The notes below the pieces were generated by a model. That model made no database searches. It had not been told where the DNA came from and was given only the letters and a program-made list of their open reading frames with translations. DNA of 15,573 nucleotides from Candidatus Methylomirabilia bacterium (GTDB taxonomy: Bacteria; Methylomirabilota; Methylomirabilia; Rokubacteriales; CSP1-6): positions 1-15,573 of the forward strand of contig JBGQEL010000095.1 in assembly GCA_041496385.1 (NCBI GenBank), read 5' to 3'. The translations under genes were made by a program, and so were the position numbers. Each line of letters opens with the position of its first letter. Position 1 is the first letter of the stretch. Positions 8,067 through 15,573 of this stretch are shown piece after piece.

Positions 8067-8899
8067 GACGCGCGCCCGTTCCGGCTCCGGCCGGCCGCGA
8101 TTGGCCTGTCGCGGCGGTCGCCGCCGCCGGCCTCCTGGTGTCCGGCTATCTCGCCTGGGCCAAGTGGACGGGTGCGTCGGCGCTCTTCTGCGAGAGGGGC
8201 AGCGCCTGCGACATCGTCCAGGCGAGCCGGTACGCGATGTTCCTCGGCGTACCGACGGCAGCCTGGGGCGTCGTCGGCTACGCGCTCGTCCTCGGCCTGG
8301 CGCTCGCCGGACTCTCGCCGCGCCGCTGGACCGCCGCCTACGCGCTCGCGGTGGCCGCCGTCGCGTTCTCGGCGTACCTCACGTACCTCTCCCTCTGGGA
8401 GCTGCGAGCCGCCTGCCCGTACTGTCTCGCCGACGCGGGCATCGCCGTCGGGCTGCTCGCGACGCTCCTCGCGCGCCGGCCGGCCGTGTCGGGGCGGCGC
8501 GCGCGGGTCAGGCCGCGCCGGCTCGTCGCGATCGGCGCGGCGCTCGCGGCGCTCACGGTCATCTTCGCCGCGGGGGTCTTCGTCGCCGACACGCCCACCA
8601 CCGCGTCCTCCTATCAGGAGGCGCTGGCGCGCCACCTCGCGGCCTCGGGCGCCATCTTCTACGGCGCCTACTGGTGACCCGCGTGCGGAGAGCAAAAGGC
8701 CCGGTTCGGGTCTGCCGCGGCGCTTCTTCCGTACGTCGAGTGTGACGAGCGCGGGATCAATCCCGATCCGGCGCGCTGTGACCGGGCGTCCATTCGCCGC
8801 TTTCCCACGTGGTTCATCACCGGCCAGCGCCTCGAGGGTGTCATGAGCCTCGACGAGCTGGCGCGGGCATCGGGGTTCCAGGCGCCGCCGGCCCGCTGA
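8063..8899 (+). CDS. VKOR-thioredoxin fusion (disulfide-bond formation catalyst), probable selenoprotein with UGA=Sec at codon 205 (WUPAC); 278 aa
   Basis: ATG 8063 (ATGA overlap, GGGAGG upstream). VKOR domain has loop Cys pair CERGSAC, V..S.YA and CPYC. After YGAYW-TGA(8675-8677) the same frame reads PACGEQKARFGSAAALLPYVECDERGINPDPARCDRASIRRFPTWFITGQRLEGVMSLDELARASGFQAPPAR-stop(8897-8899), matching the cyanobacterial VKOR-linked Trx domain (YGAYWCPHC..QK..FG....PYVEC...C....I..YPTW.I.G....G..SL..LA..SG). Confidence 0.85.
8679..8720 (+). promoter_or_regulatory. Candidate bacterial SECIS element
   Basis: Upper stem AGGCCCG (8697-8703)/CGGGTCT (8707-8713) with one G-U pair and an apical loop GTT starting with G, about 26 nt after the UGA. 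Lower stem CCGCG (8679-8683)/CGCGG (8716-8720). Confidence 0.65.
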
Positions 8900-8976
8900 C
8901 CCACCGATATCCTCCCGGAGGGCCAGGCTTGTAGCTCAAACGCATCACGGTCCCGCCAACTAGCGCGAATAACCTA

Positions 8977-9005
8977 TTGTGAAAGCCGGAGGTTTCCGGT
9001 ATTGT
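8977..9005 (+). promoter_or_regulatory. Putative sigma70-type promoter for mtrAB
   Basis: TTGTGA (8977-8982) - 17 nt - TATTGT (9000-9005) in an AT-enriched intergenic patch, about 70 nt before the ATG at 9074. Confidence 0.35.
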
Positions 9006-9073
9006 CCCGCCCGTTTCCGCAAGGTCCCCGTGGGAAAAACCCGCGAGGACCGCGAGGACCAAGGAGCGGCGCG

Positions 9074-10036
9074 ATGGAGCGGAAGGTGTTCCTCGGTGTC
9101 GCCGTGGGCGTGGCGCTCGCCCTGGGCGGAGTCGTCCTGCTCGTCAGGCCGTGGCCCGCGCCCGCCCAGCAGCCCGCGCCGGCTGCCGTGGCCGCGCTCC
9201 CCGAGGGCTATGTCGGCGCCGAGACCTGCAAGACCTGTCACGAAGACCAGTTCGCGAAGTTCGAGAAGACGCGGATGGGCCGGCTGTTCCTGAAGCATCC
9301 GCGCAGCGCCCAGGAGCGACTCGCCTGCGAGGGCTGTCACGGCCCGGGCAAAGCGCACGCGGAGGCCGGCGGTGGCAAGGGCGTGGGCGGCATGATCACC
9401 TTCGCCAAGAACGACAAGACGCCCGTCGAGAAGCGCAACGCCACGTGCCTGTCCTGCCACACGAAGGGCGCCCGTCTCTACTGGCAGGGGAGCGCTCACG
9501 AGTCGCGCGACGTCGCCTGCACCAACTGCCACAAGGTGATGGAAGACGTCTCCCCGAAGAGCCAGCTCGCCAAGGCGACGGAGGTCGAGACCTGCGGCAC
9601 CTGCCACCTGCAGAAGCGGTCGCAGATGATGCGGTCCTCCCACATGCCGGTCCGTGAAGGGAAGATGACCTGCACCTCGTGCCACAACCCCCACGGGACG
9701 GTCACGCAGACGCTCCTCAAGGAAAACGGGATCAACGAGACCTGCTATACCTGCCACACGGAGAAGCGTGGGCCGTTCCTCTGGACGCACCCCCCGGTCC
9801 AGGAAAGCTGCGTCAACTGTCACGACCCGCACGGCACGAACTGGGAGAAGATGCTCAAGGTCGCCAGGCCGCGGCTCTGCCAGCAGTGCCACGCCCCCGG
9901 AACCGGCCATCCGGCGAACATGTACGGTCGCGGTGACACGGCATCGCTCAAGTTCGTGATGGGCCGGCAATGCCTGAACTGCCACCAACTCATCCACGGC
10001 TCCAACCACCCGTCCGGCTCCGCGTTCACCCGGTAA
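9074..10036 (+). CDS. mtrA: DmsE/MtrA/PioA-family decahaem c-type cytochrome (320 aa)
   Basis: ATG 9074 with AAGGAG 7 nt upstream. YVGAETCKTCH, CEGCHGPG..H, ten CxxCH, EKRGPFLW.H.PV, and C-terminal CLNCH..IHGSNHPSG signature. Directly upstream of an MtrB-like porin. Confidence 0.95.
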   Translation: MERKVFLGVAVGVALALGGVVLLVRPWPAPAQQPAPAAVAALPEGYVGAETCKTCHEDQFAKFEKTRMGRLFLKHPRSAQERLACEGCHGPGKAHAEAGGGKGVGGMITFAKNDKTPVEKRNATCLSCHTKGARLYWQGSAHESRDVACTNCHKVMEDVSPKSQLAKATEVETCGTCHLQKRSQMMRSSHMPVREGKMTCTSCHNPHGTVTQTLLKENGINETCYTCHTEKRGPFLWTHPPVQESCVNCHDPHGTNWEKMLKVARPRLCQQCHAPGTGHPANMYGRGDTASLKFVMGRQCLNCHQLIHGSNHPSGSAFTR

Positions 10037-10046
10037 GAGGCCAAGG

Positions 10047-12311
10047 ATGAGACCGACACGAGCGACGCAGTGCTTGGCTTCAGCGCTCCTGGCCTCGGCG
10101 ATCGTCGTCCTGTTCGTGGCAGAGAGCGCGCGGGCCCAGACTCGATTCGCCGGGATGAACGTCGAGGGAACCATGGAGGCCGGAATCCAGGGCTTCCTGA
10201 CGGACGGACCGAAGAACAAGGACCGGGCCAAGTTCGAGGAGTACCGGGACATCCAGGCGGGCCCTTTCCTCCAGGGGCTTCAGCTGAGATTCTTCACGCG
10301 GGACGAGAGCTACGGGTCCGAGATCGCGGGGTCGAAGTGGGGCCGGGACGACCAGGAGTTCTCGCTGAGCGCCGGCCGCACCGGCCTCTGGCAGCTCCAG
10401 TTCAACTGGGATGAGACCCCCCATGTCTTCTCGACGACCGCGCGAACGCTCTTGCACGAGACCCAGCGCGGTGTGTGGCAGGCGCCGGGAATCGGGTCGA
10501 TCTCAGACTTCAACGGCCAGGCCACCTCGCGGGAGCTCCACGACGTCTCCGTCCGCTGGGACACCGCCCGCCTCAACTTCACGCTGAGCCCGACGCCGGA
10601 TCTGACGCTCAACGCCAAGTACACGCGGATCCGCAAGGAGGGCAACCGGCCCTTCGGCATGGCGTTCGGCTCGCCCGGCTCCAACTTCCTGGAGCTGCTC
10701 GAGCCCGTCGAGCAGACCGTCCACGAGTTCCGCGTGGGCTTCACCCTCGCGCGCGAGACCTGGCAGCTCCAGGGTAGCTACACGTTCTCGGCCTTCGAGA
10801 ACGATCTCGACAGAGTCCGATTCGACAACCCGTGCTTCCAGGGGCCGATCGGGGGCGGCGCCACCTTCGGATGCGCTGCCGGCGAGTCCCGCACCGCGGT
10901 GAACAACTTGACGCCCGCGAGGGGCCAGAGCTCGCTGCCGCCGAGCAACATGGCCCACACCATCAATCTCGCCGGAGGCGTGAGCCTGCCGCTCCGGACC
11001 CGCGTCACCGGCAACCTCGGCTGGAGCCTCTGGCTGCAGGACCAGGACTTCCTCCCGCACACGATCAACCCTTCGATCGCCGGGGATCCGGACCTCCGCC
11101 TTTCGCAGAAGAGCCTCAACGGCGAAGTGCAGACGATCAATCTCAACCTGGGTGCGACGTCGCGGCCGTTCGCCCTGCCGCTGACGCTCTCCGCCAAGTA
11201 CCGCCTGTACAAGCTCGAAGACAACAGCGACAAGATCACGTTTCCCGCCCACGTCGTCGACGACCGCGCCGTGCTCGTGGGCGGCGTGGTCAGCCCGACT
11301 CGCGCCGTCACGGTCGCGGACCGCTTCAGCTTCTCGCGCCACAACGCCGACGTCGACGCCCGCTACCAGATCGCCCAGCCCGTCGCCGCGACCCTCGGAT
11401 TCGGCTGGGAGCGCTGGAACCGGGGCCCGGAACGCGAGGTGCGGGAGACCGACGAGTACTTCGCGAAGGCGGCCCTCGACGTGACGCCGGCCGAGTGGCT
11501 CCTGATGCGGCTCACCTACAAGCCGTCGTTCAAGCGCGATGCCGACTACAGCCGCTGGCAGGTGGACCCGGGGAACGGCTTCCTGTTCAGGAAGATCGAC
11601 GAGTCCGAGCGCGACCGCCAGAAGGTGGACCTCCTGCTCCAGATCACGCCGCTCGACACGCTCATGATCACGCCCGCGGCCGGCTATCGCTTCGACGACC
11701 GCATCCGTTCCGCGTTCGGCCTCCAGTGGGAGTCGAACTGGTCGGCGGGGATCGAAATCGGCTGGAATCCGCTCGAGCGTCTCTCGTTCTCGGCGGGCTA
11801 CCTGCACGAGGTGATCGACCGCAATCTGAAATCGCGCGGCGCCAATTTCGACCTGGTCTCGAGCATCAACGCCGACTGGACGACGAACATGCTGGACCTC
11901 TTCGACATCTTCCATGTCGGTGCCAAGGCGGCGCTGATCCCGAAGGTGCTCGACTGGACCCTCGACTCGAGCTACGCGTCGTCGTCCGGGACGCGGGAAT
12001 CGCGCCTGTCGAGCGCCACCCTCCCGGGCTCGGCCCTCGCGGTCCCCGGCTTGCTCCCGAAGCGAATGCCGGCGGCCGACGACAGGCTCGTCACGCTCAC
12101 CACCTCGCTCCGCTACCACTTCTCGAAGTCCTGGACCGCGTCGCTCTTCTACACCTTCGAGTCCTTCATCAAGAACGACTGGCGCACCGACAACCTGACG
12201 CCGTTCCTGCCGCAGTTGAGGGGCACGACGGGCTCGGTCTGGCTCGGCGACGATCTCAGGAACTACGACGCCCACATCCTGGGCCTGACGCTCACCTACC
12301 GCTTCAACTAG
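10047..12311 (+). CDS. mtrB: MtrB/PioB-family outer-membrane beta-barrel porin
   Basis: Signal peptide (…ARA|Q), AKFEEYRD, P.N.AH motif, amphipathic beta-strands, C-terminal GLTLTYRFN. 754 aa, 10 nt after the decahaem gene. Confidence 0.92.
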   Translation: MRPTRATQCLASALLASAIVVLFVAESARAQTRFAGMNVEGTMEAGIQGFLTDGPKNKDRAKFEEYRDIQAGPFLQGLQLRFFTRDESYGSEIAGSKWGRDDQEFSLSAGRTGLWQLQFNWDETPHVFSTTARTLLHETQRGVWQAPGIGSISDFNGQATSRELHDVSVRWDTARLNFTLSPTPDLTLNAKYTRIRKEGNRPFGMAFGSPGSNFLELLEPVEQTVHEFRVGFTLARETWQLQGSYTFSAFENDLDRVRFDNPCFQGPIGGGATFGCAAGESRTAVNNLTPARGQSSLPPSNMAHTINLAGGVSLPLRTRVTGNLGWSLWLQDQDFLPHTINPSIAGDPDLRLSQKSLNGEVQTINLNLGATSRPFALPLTLSAKYRLYKLEDNSDKITFPAHVVDDRAVLVGGVVSPTRAVTVADRFSFSRHNADVDARYQIAQPVAATLGFGWERWNRGPEREVRETDEYFAKAALDVTPAEWLLMRLTYKPSFKRDADYSRWQVDPGNGFLFRKIDESERDRQKVDLLLQITPLDTLMITPAAGYRFDDRIRSAFGLQWESNWSAGIEIGWNPLERLSFSAGYLHEVIDRNLKSRGANFDLVSSINADWTTNMLDLFDIFHVGAKAALIPKVLDWTLDSSYASSSGTRESRLSSATLPGSALAVPGLLPKRMPAADDRLVTLTTSLRYHFSKSWTASLFYTFESFIKNDWRTDNLTPFLPQLRGTTGSVWLGDDLRNYDAHILGLTLTYRFN

Positions 12312-12363
12312 GTCTTCCTGCGCGCCCGGCGGGAGGCGCGTGTCCCGCCGTGCAGCCATCCAA

Positions 12364-12369
12364 TATAAT
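12364..12369 (+). promoter_or_regulatory. Consensus -10 box (TATAAT) just upstream of the histidine kinase start codon
   Basis: Perfect TATAAT in very GC-rich DNA, ending 8 nt before ATG 12378. No Shine-Dalgarno and no convincing -35. Confidence 0.5.
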
Positions 12370-12377
12370 GATCGCGC

Positions 12378-14006
12378 ATGGTCGAGCTGACGCCGGCCGC
12401 CGCCACCGTGGGTCCCCCGGGCGTCACGATCGCGGTCCTCGTCCTCGCGATCGCGGCGGTCGTGCTGGGGGTGGCGCTGCTCGTTCGCGGCGCCGCCGCG
12501 CGGGCGCGCGCGAGGGGCCGGCACGGCGAGGCGGTCGACCGGGGCGAGGAAGCCCGGCGGCTGGCCGCCATCGTCGAGAGCTCCGACGACGCGATCATCG
12601 GCAAGGACCTCGACGGAATCATCACGTCCTGGAATGCGGCGGCGGCGCGCATGTTCGGCTACCGCTCCGCCGAGACGATCGGGCGGCCCATCACGATGAT
12701 CATCCCGGCCGAGCGCCTGCACGAGGAGGCCGAGGTCCTGGGCCGGCTCCGTCGCGGCGAACGGGTGGAGCATTTCGAGACGGTTCGACGCGCCAGGGAT
12801 GGGCGCCTGCTCGACGTGTCGCTGACGATCTCACCCGTCCGGAACTCCGGCGGCGAGATCGTCGGAGCCTCGAAGATCGCGCGTGACATCGGCGAACGCA
12901 AGCGCGCGAGCGAGGCGCTGCGGCAGAGCGAGGCGACGGCGCTGGCGCTCATCGAGTCCGCGGCCGAGGGAATCCTCATCGTCGACGAGCGCGGGCACAT
13001 CCTGGTGGCGAACGGCCAGGTCGAGGAGATGTTCGGGTACGCGCAGGGGGCGCTCGTCGGTCAGCCGATGGAGACGCTCTTGCCCGAAGGGCTCAGGGAG
13101 CGGCATGTCGCGCATCGCGCCGGCTACGTGGCCGAGCCGCGGGTGCGTCCCATGGGCCGCGGCCTGGACCTGGCGGGCCGCCGCCGGGACGGCAGCGAGT
13201 TTCCCCTGGAGATCAGCTTGAGCCACGTGCGTACGCCTCGGGGGCTGCACGTGATGGCGTTCATCACCGACATCGCCGAGCGCCTGCGCATCGAGGGCAC
13301 GGCACGACAATCGGAGAAGCTGGCGGCCCTGGGCACGCTGTCGGCCGGCATCGCCCACGAGCTCAACAACCCGCTCGGGATCATCATCTCGCGCGCCGAG
13401 CTGATCCTCCTGGACGACCCGGAGCAGCGCTTGCCCCCGACGGTCCGCGAGGATCTCGGCGTGATTCACCGGCAGGCGCAGCGGGTCGCTCGGCTCGTGC
13501 AAGCGCTCCTGTCCTACGCGCGCCCGTCGGCGCCCCAACGGCACCCGGTGGACCTGAGCCACGTGGTGGACGAGATCCTCTTGCTCGCGGAGAAGCAGCT
13601 CACCAAGGCTGGGGTGCGCCTGGTCACGTCGCTCGACCGGAGCCTGCCGCCCGTCGCGGGCGACGCCGGCGCGCTGGAACAGGTCGTGCTGAACCTGGTC
13701 ACCAACGCGCAGCAGGCGATGGAAGGCGGGGGCGAGGTCCGGATCGTCACACGGCGCGCGTCCCAGCGCGCCGGGTGGGTCGAGCTCGTCGTGGCGGATA
13801 CCGGGCCGGGGATTCCCGCGGACGTCCTGCCGAGGATCTTCGATCCCTTCTTCACGACGAAGCCCGGCGGGACCGGGCTCGGACTCTCGATCACCGACCG
13901 CATCGTCCGGGACCACGGGGGCACGACCGACGTCCGCTCCTCGGCCGGTGAAGGCACCGAGTTCGTCCTCGGATTCCCCGCGACGCAGCCCGAACACGCC
14001 GGCTGA
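12378..14006 (+). CDS. Membrane-anchored PAS-PAS sensor histidine kinase (NtrB/FixL-like architecture)
   Basis: One N-terminal TM; PAS1 (AIVESSDDAIIGKDLDGIITSWN...GASKIARDI); PAS2; H-box SEKLAALGTLSAGIAHELNNPL; N-box QVVLNLVTNA; DTGPGI, FDPFFTTK, GTGLGL. Confidence 0.95.
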   Translation: MVELTPAAATVGPPGVTIAVLVLAIAAVVLGVALLVRGAAARARARGRHGEAVDRGEEARRLAAIVESSDDAIIGKDLDGIITSWNAAAARMFGYRSAETIGRPITMIIPAERLHEEAEVLGRLRRGERVEHFETVRRARDGRLLDVSLTISPVRNSGGEIVGASKIARDIGERKRASEALRQSEATALALIESAAEGILIVDERGHILVANGQVEEMFGYAQGALVGQPMETLLPEGLRERHVAHRAGYVAEPRVRPMGRGLDLAGRRRDGSEFPLEISLSHVRTPRGLHVMAFITDIAERLRIEGTARQSEKLAALGTLSAGIAHELNNPLGIIISRAELILLDDPEQRLPPTVREDLGVIHRQAQRVARLVQALLSYARPSAPQRHPVDLSHVVDEILLLAEKQLTKAGVRLVTSLDRSLPPVAGDAGALEQVVLNLVTNAQQAMEGGGEVRIVTRRASQRAGWVELVVADTGPGIPADVLPRIFDPFFTTKPGGTGLGLSITDRIVRDHGGTTDVRSSAGEGTEFVLGFPATQPEHAG

Positions 14007-14070
14007 GGGCGCCGGGCGCCGCGTCGGCGGCGGATCGGGTACCATGGAGCCGCATGCTTGAGGTGCCTGC

Positions 14071-15480
<1,410 letters not shown>

Positions 15481-15573
15481 GCCCTTCGGGGCGTCCGTGT
15501 CCCACCGAGACCGGCCGGCCCCAGCCGGGCCGCGGCGGAGCATTCGTTAACGTGCTGTTTTCGTTCGTCCTCC

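Noticed and set aside
8675..8899. Reading the VKOR gene as ending at 8677 or as a pseudogene with a nonsense mutation
   Set aside because: The stop is TGA, falls precisely on the catalytic Cys column, the downstream domain is undegraded and a SECIS-like hairpin follows. Sec recoding is more parsimonious, though not proven without sel genes or homologues.
8925..8938. AGGCTTGTAGCTCA resembles the 5' end of a tRNA-Ile
   Set aside because: No D-loop GG, anticodon arm, GTTC T-loop or complementary acceptor strand follows, so no cloverleaf. Treated as chance.
8977..8994. TTGTGAA as a Rex operator half-site
   Set aside because: The second half-site (TTCACAA after 4 nt) is absent.
10503..12773. Long minus-strand ORFs (756 aa here; also 928-2061, 3637-4875, 8960-10252, 12831-14045, 13891-15225) and the 684-aa plus-strand ORF 10832-12886
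   Set aside because: Shadow ORFs expected from high-GC codon bias. They have no recognisable motifs and fully overlap well-supported genes.

Overview
High-GC bacterial window (taxon not determinable here) with 14 protein-coding genes, all on the + strand, forming a respiratory/electron-transfer locus. In order: the 3' part of an ethylbenzene-dehydrogenase-type (EB_dh/DOMON-like) haem-binding protein; a tightly coupled operon (tetrahaem c, membrane-anchored nonahaem c, Rieske protein, cytochrome b, c7-type trihaem c, dihaem c, NapC/NirT-type multihaem c, a second ~9-haem c, VKOR-thioredoxin fusion); a DmsE/MtrA decahaem plus MtrB/PioB porin pair; and a PAS-PAS histidine kinase with a sigma54-dependent response regulator. 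I count 44 canonical CxxCH motifs and 3 non-canonical ones. The standout observation, missed by the ORF track, is an in-frame TGA (8675-8677) exactly at the first catalytic Cys of the thioredoxin domain of the VKOR fusion (YGAYW-TGA-PAC). The frame continues for 73 more codons of intact thioredoxin-like sequence and a SECIS-like hairpin follows, so this is most likely a selenocysteine-containing (UxxC) VKOR-Trx embedded in the cytochrome operon.
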